From Chiloscyllium plagiosum (lineage: Eukaryota): DNA of 64,000 bases. Of this stretch, positions 37,505 through 48,218 are shown in pieces. The stretch's first letter is position 1, and each line of letters starts with the position of its first letter. Both the position numbers and the translations under genes were made by a program. The stretch lies in assembly GCF_004010195.1 (NCBI RefSeq), contig NC_057719.1, positions 59,692,408-59,756,407 of the forward strand, given 5' to 3'. Below the pieces are notes generated by a model that saw only the letters and a program-made list of their open reading frames with translations, did no database searches and was not told the DNA's origin.

Positions 37505-40290
37505 TTGGCCCAGTGTGGCAGTGTCTCGGTCTGGTGTGGCAGTGTCTCGGTCCGGTGTGGCAGTGTCTTGGCCTGGTGTGGCAGTATCTCGGCCTGGTGT
37601 GGCAGTGTCTCGGTCTGGTGTGGCAGTATCTGGCCCGGTGTGGCAGTATCTTGGCCCGGTGTGGCAGTATCTCGGTCTGGTGTGGCAGTGTCTCGGTCTG
37701 GTGTGGCAGTGTCTCGATCTGAAGTGGCAGTATCTCGGTCTGGTGTGGCAGTGTCTTGGCCTGATGTGGCAGTATCTCGGTCTAGTGTGGCAGTCTCGGT
37801 CTGGTGTGGCAGTCTCGGTCTGGTGTGGCAGTGTCTTGGCCCGGTGTGGCAGTGTCTTGGCCTGATGTGGCAGTATCTCGGTCAGGTGTGGCAGTCTCGG
37901 CCTGGTGAAGCAGTGTCTCGGCCTGATGTGGCAGTCTCGGTCTGGTGTGGCAGTCTCGGCCTGATGTGGCAGTGTCTCGGCCCGGTGTTGCAGTGTCTTG
38001 GCCGGGTGTGGCAATATCTTGGCCTGGTGTGGCAGTGTCTCGGCCTGATGTGGCAGTGATTTGGCCTGGTGTGTCAGTGTCTCGGCCCCGGTGTGGCGTC
38101 TCGGCCCGGTGTGGCAGTGTCTCGGTCAGGTGTGGCAGTGTCTCGGCCCTGTGTGGCAGTGTCTCGGCCAGGTGTGGCAGTGTCTCGGCCCGGTGTGGCA
38201 GTGTCTCGGTCAGGTGTGGCAGTGTCTCGGCCCGGTGTGGCAGTGTCTCGGCCCGGTGTGGCAGTGTCTCGGCCCGGTGTGGCAGTGTCTCGGCCCGGTG
38301 TGGCAGTGTCTCGGCCCGGTGTGGCAGTGTCTCGGCCCGGTGTGGCAGTGTCTCGGCCCGGTGTGGCAGTGTCTCGGCCCGGTGTGGCAGTGTCTCGGCC
38401 CGGTGTGGCAGTGTCTCGGCCCGGTGTGGCAGTGTCTCGGCCCGGTGTGGCAGTGTCTCGGCCCGGTGTGGCAGTGTCTCGGCCCGGTGTGGCAGTGTCT
38501 CGGCCCGGTGTGGCAGTGTCTCGGCCCGGTGTGGCAGTGTCTCGGCCCGGTGTGGCAGTGTCTCGGCCCGGTGTGGCAGTGTCTCGGCCCGGTGTGGCAG
38601 TGTCTCGGCCCGGTGTGGCAGTGTCTCGGCCCGGTGTGGCAGTGTCTCGGCCCGGTGTGGCAGTGTCTCGGCCCGGTGTGGCAGTGTCTCGGCCCGGTGT
38701 GGCAGTGTCTCGGCCCGGTGTGGCAGTGTCTCGGCCCGGTGTGGCAGTGTCTCGGCCCGGTGTGGCAGTGTCTCGGCCCGGTGTGGCAGTGTCTCGGCCC
38801 GGTGTGGCAGTGTCTCGGCCCGGTGTGGCAGTGTCTCGGCCCGGTGTGGCAGTGTCTCGGCCCGGTGTGGCAGTGTCTCGGCCCGGTGTGGCAGTGTCTC
38901 GGCCCGGTGTGGCAGTGTCTCGGCCCGGTGTGGCAGTGTCTCGGCCCGGTGTGGCAGTGTCTCGGCCCGGTGTGGCAGTGTCTCGGCCCGGTGTGGCAGT
39001 GTCTCGGCCCGGTGTGGCAGTGTCTCGGCCCGGTGTGGCAGTGTCTCGGCCCGGTGTGGCAGTGTCTCGGCCCGGTGTGGCAGTGTCTCGGCCCGGTGTG
39101 GCAGTGTCTCGGCCCGGTGTGGCAGTGTCTCGGCCCGGTGTGGCAGTGTCTCGGCCCGGTGTGGCAGTGTCTCGGCCCGGTGTGGCAGTGTCTCGGCCCG
39201 GTGTGGCAGTGTCTCGGCCCGGTGTGGCAGTGTCTCGGCCCGGTGTGGCAGTGTCTCGGCCCGGTGTGGCAGTGTCTCGGCCCGGTGTGGCAGTGTCTCG
39301 GCCCGGTGTGGCAGTGTCTCGGCCCGGTGTGGCAGTGTCTCGGCCCGGTGTGGCAGTGTCTCGGCCCGGTGTGGCAGTGTCTCGGCCCGGTGTGGCAGTG
39401 TCTCGGCCCGGTGTGGCAGTGTCTCGGCCCGGTGTGGCAGTGTCTCGGCCCGGTGTGGCAGTGTCTCGGCCCGGTGTGGCAGTGTCTCGGCCCGGTGTGG
39501 CAGTGTCTCGGCCCGGTGTGGCAGTGTCTCGGCCCGGTGTGGCAGTGTCTCGGCCCGGTGTGGCAGTGTCTCGGCCCGGTGTGGCAGTGTCTCGGCCCGG
39601 TGTGGCAGTGTCTCGGCCCGGTGTGGCAGTGTCTCGGCCCGGTGTGGCAGTGTCTCGGCCCGGTGTGGCAGTGTCTCGGCCCGGTGTGGCAGTGTCTCGG
39701 CCCGGTGTGGCAGTGTCTCGGCCCGGTGTGGCAGTGTCTCGGCCCGGTGTGGCAGTGTCTCGGCCCGGTGTGGCAGTGTCTCGGCCCGGTGTGGCAGTGT
39801 CTCGGCCCGGTGTGGCAGTGTCTCGGCCCGGTGTGGCAGTGTCTCGGCCCGGTGTGGCAGTGTCTCGGCCCGGTGTGGCAGTGTCTCGGCCCGGTGTGGC
39901 AGTGTCTCGGCCCGGTGTGGCAGTGTCTCGGCCCGGTGTGGCAGTGTCTCGGCCCGGTGTGGCAGTGTCTCGGCCCGGTGTGGCAGTGTCTCGGCCCGGT
40001 GTGGCAGTGTCTCGGCCCGGTGTGGCAGTGTCTCGGCCCGGTGTGGCAGTGTCTCGGCCCGGTGTGGCAGTGTCTCGGTCAGGTGTGGCAGTGTCTCGGC
40101 CCGATGTGGCAGTGTCTCGGCCCGATGTGGCAGTGTCTCGGCCCGGTGTGGCAGTGTCTCGGCCCGATGTGGCTGTGTCTCGGCCCGATGTGGCAGTGTC
40201 TCGGCCCGGTGTGGCAGTGTCTCGGCCCGATATGGCAGTGTCTCGGCCCGGTGTGGCAGTGTCTCGGCCCGGTGTGGCAGTGTCTCGGCC
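37505..40290. repeat. 21-bp minisatellite array 1 (GTGTGGCAGTGTCTCGGCCCG), about 133 units
   Basis: Direct tandem repeat; apparently perfect core at about 38213-40078 with variant units at both ends. Confidence 0.98.
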
Positions 40291-42940
40291 TGTTTTCGGC
40301 GGCAGTTGAAGTGGGAGGAGTGACAGCAAGGACGAGAGGCCCGACTGGAAGGTAATTTTAAACTACAAAAACTTACCTTGGCAGAGCGAACACTGAGCAG
40401 GAACGAACACAGGAGTGCTGGGTAATTGAGGCTTTTAAAGGAACAGCAGAGGGAGAGGCCACAGCAAAGCACAGAGGACTGTTGGGTATATATTTGGGCA
40501 GCGAATGAATCTCGAGACACTACACGTGTAGGGTCTCCCACCCGCCCTCTTCCTCAAACCAAAAAAAAGGACTCTTGTGTGTTGCTAAGGTTTCAATTGT
40601 GTATCGTATGTTTGATTAAAAGTTTAGTATTAGTTGGTTAGTTTAATAAGACCACAGAGAAGTACTAGAAATTATTTAACTCATAAATTTGTATAAATTA
40701 ATAAATAAGTAGAGACGGCTGGACAGGTGATGTGCTGTAGCTGTATAATGTAGGAGCTGGCTGATCCCATTGTGAACAGCAGTGACCACATCTGCAGCAA
40801 GTGTTGGTTGCTGGAAGAACTCCGGATCAGAGTTGATGATCTGGAATCTGAGCTTCAAACACTGCGGCACATCCGGGAGGGGGAGAGTTACCTGGACGCT
40901 TTTTTTTTCAGGAGGCAGACACACCCAGTAGATTAAATTAGTTCAAATACGGTTAGTGATCAGGGACAACAGGGTGGGACTGTAAGTGAGGCAGGCAGGG
41001 GGATTCTGAGTTCTGGAGAGGAGGAGCCTCAGGCCTTGACCTTGTCCAAGAGATAGGAGATTGTTGCTCCCTGTATGGATAAGAGAAAGGGCTCTGGACA
41101 GGATGAGCCAGCTGACCACGGCACCATGGTGCAGAAGGCCATTCAAGAGGGGGAGCAAAAAGACAAGTAGTTGTTATAGGGGATTCTATAATTCGGGGGA
41201 CAGATGGTATCCATTGTGAGCCGGTCCAGGAGTCTTGCATGGTGTGTCGCCTGCCCGGTGCAAGGGTGCAGGACATCTCTGATCGGTTTGAAGGGATATT
41301 GAAGTGGGAGGGGGAAGGATCCAGTTGTTGTGGTCCACATTGACACTGACAACATAGGCAAGGCTAGGAAGGAGGACCTGTTTGAGGAGTATCAAGCACT
41401 AGGAAGGAAATTGAAAAACAGGTCCTCGAGGGTCATAATCTCTGGATTACTGCCCGAGCCACATGCTAATTGGCAGAGGGATATGAAAATTAGGGAAGTA
41501 AACACATGGCTAAGAGATTGGTGTGGGAAAGAGGGATTTCATTTCATGGGACATTGGCATCAGTTTTAGAACTGGGGCGATCTGTACCAATGGGATGGTC
41601 TCCACCTGAACCGATCTGGAATCAGTGTTCTGGCAAAAGGATAAATAGGATGGTCACTAGGACTTTAAACTTTTGAGTCGGGAAGAAGGAAAAAGGAAAG
41701 CAACAGGAAGTATGGAATCAAGTAGAAAGATAAGCAGCAGGTTAGCATGTATGCAGGATTTAAGTCGAGCCAGGTTAGGAATGAAACAAAAAGGAAAGAT
41801 AACTTAGATAGAGGTGATGGAAATTATGAGGATAAGAAAATTAGCATTAAGGTGCTTTACCTGACTGCTCGTAGTATTCGTAACAAAGTAGATGAATTAA
41901 CAGCACAAATCATCGCCAATGATTCTGATGTGGTAGGCCTCACAGAGACAGAAAAGCACAGCAGGTCAGGCAGCATCCAGGGAGCAGGAAAATCGATGTT
42001 TTGGGCAGGACCTGAGACGGAAATGTCGATTTTCCTACTTCTCAGATCCTGTCTGACCTGCAGAAAGATTTAGACAGTTTAGGAGAGTGGTCCAGGAAAT
42101 GGCTGATGAAATTCAATGTGAGCAAATGCGAGGTCTTGCACTTTGGGAAAAAAGAATACAGGCATGGACTGTTTTCTAAATGATGAGAAAATTCATAAAG
42201 CCAAAGTACAAAGGATTCTGGAAGTGCTAGTCCAGGATCCTCTAAAGGTTGACTTGCAAGTTGAGTCTGTGGTTAAGAAAGCAAATGTAATGTGGTCATT
42301 TATCTCAAGAGGGTTGGAATATAAAAGCAGTGATGTGGTACTGAGACTGTACAAAGCTCAAGTTAGGCCCTACTTAGAATACTGTGTCCACTTCAGGCCC
42401 CACACCTCAGGAAGGACATACCTCCACCCTGGCACTGGAGCGTGTCCAGCGGAGATTCACACGGATGATCCCTGGAATGGTAGGCCTAACATACGATGAA
42501 TGGTTGAGGATCCTGGGATTATATTCATTAGAGTTTCGAAGGTTGAGGGGAGATCTAATAGAAACTTACAAGATAATGCATCGCTTAGAAAGAGTGGACA
42601 CTGGGAATTTGTTTCCGTTAGGCGGGGATACCTGAACCCGAGGGAACAGCCTTAGAATTAGAGCGGGTCAATTTAGAATGGAAATGAGACATTTCTTCAG
42701 CCAGAGAGTGGTGGGCCTATGGAATTCATTGCCACAGAGCACAGTGGAGGCCGGGACGTTAAATTTCTTCAAGGAAGAGATTAAGAAATTCTTGATCTTG
42801 CAAGGAATTAAGGGCTATGGGAAGAATGCGGGTAAGTGGAGTTGAATTGTCCATCAACCACAATTGAATGGCGGAGTGGACTCGATGTGCCGAATGGCCT
42901 TACTTCCACTCCTATGTGTTATGGTCTTATGATCTTATGA
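40291..42940 (+). mobile_element. Internally deleted CR1 LINE inserted in the minisatellite
   Basis: 5'UTR; ORF1 MCCSC...ICSKC, GDSIIRG, DGLHLN; ORF2 start YLTARSIRNK...GLTET, then directly QKDLDSLGEW; tail tcttatga repeats. Confidence 0.92.
41951..42061. mobile_element. Penelope-derived fold-back (family A) at the CR1 deletion junction
   Basis: gcaggtcaggcagcatc...aggaaaatcga pairs with tcgattttcct...tctgacctgc. Confidence 0.75.
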
Positions 42941-43924
42941 TGTGTCAGTCTCTCGGCCCGGTGTGGCAGTCTCTCGGCCCGGTGTGGCAGTCTCTCGGCC
43001 CGGTGTGGCAGTCTCTCGGCCAGGTGTGGCAGTCCCTTGGCCCAGTGTGGCAGTCTCTCGGCCAAGTGTGGCAGTCCCTTGGCCAGGTGTGGCAGTCTCT
43101 TGGCTGGTTGTGGCAGTCCCTTGGTCTGGTGTGGCAGTGTGGCAGTCCCTTGGCCAGGTGTGGCAGTCCCTTGGCCAGGTGTGGCAGTCTCTTGGCCCGG
43201 TATGGCAGTCCCTTGGCCCAGTGTGGCAGTCCCTTGACCAGGTGTGGCAGTCCCTTGGCCAGGTGTGGCAGTCTCTTGGCCCGGTATGGCAGTCCCTTGG
43301 CCCAGTGTGGCAGTCCCTTGGCCCAGTGTGGCAGTCCCTTGGACAGGTGTGGCAGTCTCTTGGCTGGTTGTGGCAGTCCCTTGGCCCGGTGTGGCATTCC
43401 CTTGTCCAGGTATGGCAGTCCCTTGGCCAGGTGTGGCAGTCACTTGGCCAGGTGTGGCAGTCCCTTGGCCCAGTGTGGCAGTCTCTTGGCCAAGTGTGGC
43501 AGTCCCTTGGACAGGTGCGGCAGTCCCTTGGCCCAGTGTGGCAGTCTCTTGGCTGGTTGAGGCAGTCCCTTGGCCTAGTGTGGCAGTCCCTTGGCCAGGT
43601 GTGGCAGTCCCTTGGCCAGGTGTGGCAGTCCCTTGGCCAGGTGTGGCAGTCTCTTGGCCCAGTGTGGCAGTCCCTTGGCTCGGTGTGGCAGTCTCTTGGC
43701 TCGGTGTGGCAGTCTCTTGGCCCAGTGTGGCAGTCTCTTGGCCCAGTGTGGCAGTCCCTTGGCCAGGTGCGGCAGACCCTTGGCTCAGTGCGGCAGACCC
43801 TTGGCCCAGTGCGGCAGACCCTTGGCCCAGTGCGGCAGTCCCTTGGCCCAGTGCGGCCGTCCCTTGGCCCAGTGCGGCAGTCCCTTGGCCCAGTGCGGCC
43901 GTCCCTTGGCCCGGTGCGGCAGTC
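42941..43924. repeat. 21-bp minisatellite array 2 (GTGTGGCAGTCYCTTGGCCMR), about 47 units
   Basis: Direct tandem repeat with variant units. Confidence 0.97.
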
Positions 43925-44058
43925 ATTAAGGGCTATGGGAAGAATGCGGGTAAGTGGAGTTGAATTGTCCATCAACCACAATTGAATGGCGGAATGGACT
44001 CGATGGGCCAAATGGCCTTACTTCCACTCCTATGTGTTATGGTCTTATGATGTTATGA
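43925..44058 (+). repeat. Duplicate of the CR1 3' end at 42807-42940
   Basis: 134 bp with 4 mismatches by eye, offset 1118 bp. Confidence 0.92.
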
Positions 44059-47000
44059 TGTGTCAGTGTCTCGGCCCGGTGTGTCAGTGTCTCGGCCCGG
44101 TGAGTCAGTGTCTCGGCCCGGTGTGGCAGTGTCTCGGCCCGGTGTGGCAGTCTCTCGGCCCGGTGTGGCAGTCTCGGCCCGGTGTGGCAGTCTCTCGGCC
44201 CGGTGTGGCAGTCTCTTGGCCCGGTGTGGCAGTCTCTCGGCCAAGTGTGGCAGTCACTTGGCTGGTTGTGGCAGTCCCTTGGCCCCGTGTGGCATTCCCT
44301 TGTCCAGGTGTGGCAGTCTCTCGGCCCGGTGTGGCAGTCTCTTGGTCAGGTGTGGCAGTCCCTTGGCCCAGTGTGGCAGTCTCTTGGCCAGGTGTGGCAG
44401 TCCCTTGGACAGGTGCGGCAGTCCCTTGGCCCGGTGTGGCAGTCTCTTGGCCAGGTGTGGCAGTCCCTTGGCCCAGTGTGGCAGTCTCTTGGCCAACTGT
44501 GGCAGTCCCTTGGACAGGTGCGGCAGTCCCTTGGCCCAGTGTGGCAGTCTCTTGGCTGGTTGAGGCAGTCCCTTGGCCCAGTGTGGCAGTCCCTTGGCCC
44601 GGTGTGGCAGTCCCTTGGCGAGGTGTGGCAGTCCCTTGGCCAGGTGTGGCAGTCTCTTGACTGGTTGTGGCATTCTCTTGTCCAGGTATGGCAGTCCCTT
44701 GGCCCAGTGTGGCAGTCCCTTGGCCAGGTGTGGCAGTCCCTTGGCCAGGTGTGGCAGTCCCTTGGCCCAGTGTGGCAGTCTCTTGGCCAGGTGTGGCAGT
44801 CTCTTGGCCAGGTGTGGCAGTCCCTTGGCCCGGTGTGGCAGTCCCATGGCCCGGTGTGGCTGTCTCTTGGCCAGGTGAGGCAGTCCCTTGGGCAGGTGCA
44901 GCAGTTCCTTGGCCCGGTGTGGCAGTCCCTTGGCCTGGTGTGGCAGTGCCTTGGCCTGGTGTGGCAGTGCCTTGGCCTGATGTGGCAGCACCTTTGCCAG
45001 GTGTGGCAGTCTCTTGGCCCAGTGTGGCAGTCTCTTGGCTGGTTGTGGCAGTCCCTTGCCCAGTGTGGCAGTCCCTTGGCCAGGTGCGGAAGACTCTTGG
45101 CCCAGTGCGGCAGACCCCTGGCCCAGTGTGCCTTCTCTTGGCCCGGTGTGGCAGTCCCTTGGCTCCGTGTGGCAGTATCTTGGCTGGTTGTGGCAGTCCC
45201 TTGGCTCAGTGTGGCAGTCTCTTGGCCCAGTGTGGCAGTTCCTTGGCCAGGTGTGGCAGTCCCTTGGCCAGGTGTGGCAGTCCCTTGGCCCTGTGTGGCA
45301 GTCCCTTGGCCCAGTGTGGCAGTCCCTTGGCCTAGTGTGGCAGTTTCTTGGCCCAGTGTGACAGTCTCTTGGCTGGTTGTGGCAGTCCCTTGGCCCAGTG
45401 TGACAGTCTCTTGGCTGGTTGTGGCAGTCCCTTGGCCCAGTGTGGCAGTCTCTTGGCCCAGTGTGGTAGTCTCTTGGCCCAGTGTGGTAGTCCCTTGGCC
45501 AGGTGTGGCCGTCTCTTGGCCAGGTTTGGCAATCCCTTGGCTCAGTGTGGCAGTCTCTTGGCTAGTTGTGGCAGTCTCTTGGCTAGTTGTGGCAGTCCCT
45601 TGGACAGGTGCGGCAGTCCCTTGGCCCAGTGTGGCAGTCTCTTGGCTGGTTGTGGCAGTCCCTTGGCCCAGTGTGACAGTCCCTTGGCCCAGTGTGGCAG
45701 TCCCTTGGCCAGGTGTGGCAGTCCCTTGAATCAGTGTGACAGTCCCTTGGCCAGGTGTGGCAGTTTCTTGGACTAGTGTGGCAGTCCCTTGGCCCGGTGT
45801 GGCAGTCCCTTGGTGAGGTGTGGCAGTCCCTTGGCCAGGTGTGGCAGTCTCTTGGCCCGAAGTGGCATTCTCTTGTCCAGGTATGGCAGGCCCTTGGCCC
45901 AGTGTGGCAGTCCCTTGGCCAGGTGTGGCAGTCCCTTGGCCAGGTGTGGCAGTCCCTTGGCCCTGTGTGGCAGTCCCTTGGCCCAATGTGGCAGTCTCTT
46001 GTCCAGGTGTGGCAGTCTCTTGTCCAGGCGTGGCAGTCCCTTGGCTCAGTGTGGCAGTCCCTTGGCCTGGCGTGGCAGTCCCTTGGCCCAGTGTGGCTGT
46101 CTCTTGACCCGGTGTGGCAGTCTCTTGGCTGGTTGTGGCAGTCCCTTGGCTCAGTGTGGCAGTATCTTGGCCCAGTGTGGCAGTCCCTTGGCCAGGTGTG
46201 GCTGTCTCTTGGCCCGATGTGGCGGTCTCTTGGTCCAGTGTAGCAGTCTCTTGGCCCAGTGTGGCAGTCCCTTGGCCCGGTGTGGCTGTCTCTTGGCCCA
46301 ATGTGGCAGTCCCTTGGCCAGGTGTGGCAGTCCCTTGGCCCAATGTGGCAGTCTCTTGGCTGGTTGTGACAGTCCCTTGGCCTGGCGTGGCAGTCCCTTG
46401 GCCCAGTGTGGCAGTCCCTTGGCCCAGTGTGGCAGTCCCTTGACCCAGTGTGGCAGTCTCTTGGCTGGTTGTGGCAGTCCCTTGGCCCAGTGTGGCAGTC
46501 CCTTGGCCAGGTGCTGCAGACCCTTGGCCCAGTGCGGCAGTCCCTTGGCCCAGTGTGGCCGTCTCTTGGCCCGGTGTGGCCGTCTCTTGGCCCGGTGTGG
46601 CAGTCCCTTGGCCCAGTGTGGCAGTCCCTTGGCCTAGTGTGGCAGTATCTTGGCTGGTTGTGGCAGTCCCTTGGCTCCGTGAGGCAGTCCCTTGGCCTAG
46701 TGTGGCAGTATCTTGGCTGGTTGTGGCAGTCCCTTGGCTCAGTGTGGCAGTCTCTTGGCCCAGTGTGGCAGTCCCTTGGCCAGGTGTGGCAGTCCTTTGG
46801 CCAGGTGTGGCAGTCTCTTGGCCCAGTGTGGCAGTCCCTTGGCCAGGTGTGGCAGTCCCATGGCCCGGTGTGGCTGTCTCTTGGCTGGTTGTGGCAGTCC
46901 CTTGGCCAGGTGTGGCAGTCCCTTGGCCCGGTGTGGCAGTCCCTTGGCCCGGTGTGGCAGTCCCATGGCCCGGTGTGGCTGTGTCTTGGCCAGGTGTTGC

Positions 47001-47085
47001 AGTCCCTTGGCCCAGTGTGGCAGTCCCTTGGCCAGGTGTGGCCGCCTTTTGCCACGATGTGGCAGTCTCTCGGCCCGGTGTGTGG
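44059..47085. repeat. 21-bp minisatellite array 3, about 144 variant units
   Basis: Direct tandem repeat, CpG-depleted variants of the array 1 unit. Confidence 0.97.
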
Positions 47086-47361
47086 TCTTTCGGTGATACA
47101 TGACAATCTCTCGTCACAGCGTCGCCTCAGTGTAGACTTTTGGCCTTGCGGTGGTTCTTTGAAGTGTCGTCCCACGTGGTGAACCACTTAAGAAAGACTG
47201 TAATGTTTGAACTTGCAGCTTTATTTCTTTATTTTCTACATAGTACTAGGAGGGTTGCAATGAGCACCTTTTAACCTTATCTCGTATATTTTATGCTATA
47301 CTATAATTACTACAACTTTTAACTTTGTTCTTTCTTTCTACTTTGTTCTTAATATTTTTTA

Positions 47362-47529
47362 TTGTTGAAACTTTATTGCTGGAACAGCACAGCAGGTCAG
47401 GCAGCATCCAGGGAACAGGAGATTCGACGTTTCGGGCACAGGCCCTTCTTCAGGAATGACCTGCTGTGCTGTTCCAGCAATAAAGTTTCAACTTTGATCT
47501 CCAGCATCTGCAGACCTCACTTTCTCCTC
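47362..47529. mobile_element. Penelope-derived fold-back (family A) with 14-bp TSD
   Basis: Perfect 36-bp arms 47364-47399 and 47457-47492, 37-nt tail, TSD cttaatatttttta at 47348-47361 and 47530-47543. Confidence 0.88.
47422..47457 (-). ncRNA. Minimal type I hammerhead ribozyme motif
   Basis: Minus strand AUUC-CUGAAGA-A-GGGC cugu GCCC-GAAA-CG-UC-GAAU: intact core, helix I AUUC:GAAU, helix II, palindromic ACGU in place of helix III. Confidence 0.7.
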
Positions 47530-47964
47530 CTTAATATTTTTTAACCTAGGTACTTGTACCGAAGATGGCACCTTGATGGTGACATTATACACATTTCACT
47601 GTACTCCTGTACTTTTGTACTTGAGTGCACATGACAATTAAATCAAATCATTTCACTTTTATTTTTCTTGTTGTTTTCCTTTAATTACATTTGATTGTTT
47701 AAGAAATACCTGCAGTAATAACAGGATTCTGCCACTAGATGGAGTCTGCTCCAAATAAGGAGTGCTGACATCACAGGGTTTTCCTCTGCATTGACCTTGA
47801 ACTGGAGAGACAAAATGGTGGGACCAATTGAAATAGAAATTGGTGCTATTAATTTTCAAGCTGCTTTGAAGTGCAACATGACAGACGCCCCTTATCAACC
47901 TAATCTGAGGTGCCTTAGGGTACACCACCACCAGTTGTCTTTCTTTCTCTCTTTGTCTAATGAG

Positions 47965-48218
47965 ACAAAGTTAAAAATCACACAACACCAGGTTATAGTC
48001 CAACAGGTTTTGGAAGCACACTAGCTTTCGGAGCGACGGTCCTTCATCAGGTGGTAGTGGAGGCTCAATCTTAACATTGAGCCCTCCACTATCACCTGAT
48101 GAAGGAGCGTCGCTCCGAAAGCTAGTGTGCTTCCAATTAAACGTGTTGGACTATAACCTGGTGTTATGTGATTTTTAACTTTGTACACCCCAGTCAAACA
48201 CCGGCATCTCCAAATCAT
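47965..48218. mobile_element. Penelope-derived fold-back (family B) with TSD
   Basis: Arms of about 105 bp (47965-48069, 48076-48184), 6-nt loop, 34-nt tail, flanking duplication tgtctaatgagaca at 47954-47967 and 48218-48231. Confidence 0.9.
48093..48127 (+). ncRNA. Minimal type I hammerhead ribozyme motif (mirror copy on minus at 48019-48053)
   Basis: CAC-CUGAUGA-A-GGAGC guc GCUCC-GAAA-GC-UA-GUG: intact core, helix I CAC:GUG, palindromic AGCU. Confidence 0.65.

Larger units (their letters stand above)
47086..47650 (+). mobile_element. 3' part of a family Y retroposon, contiguous with the minisatellite
   Basis: gtaccgaagatggcacc...atacacatttcactg...gtacttgagtgcacatgacaattaaa aligns with 29075-29155. 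Confidence 0.7.

Noticed and set aside
37505..47085. CRISPR-like array
   Set aside because: Units are directly adjacent with no unique spacers, there are no cas genes, and the context is eukaryotic.
37472..47187. Very long ORFs (up to 923 aa) such as (LPHRAET)n, (TATPGRD)n, (VWQSLGP)n
   Set aside because: A GC-rich 21-bp unit with no stop in any frame opens all frames at once. There is no non-repetitive domain, and frame-shifting 19-20 bp units occur.
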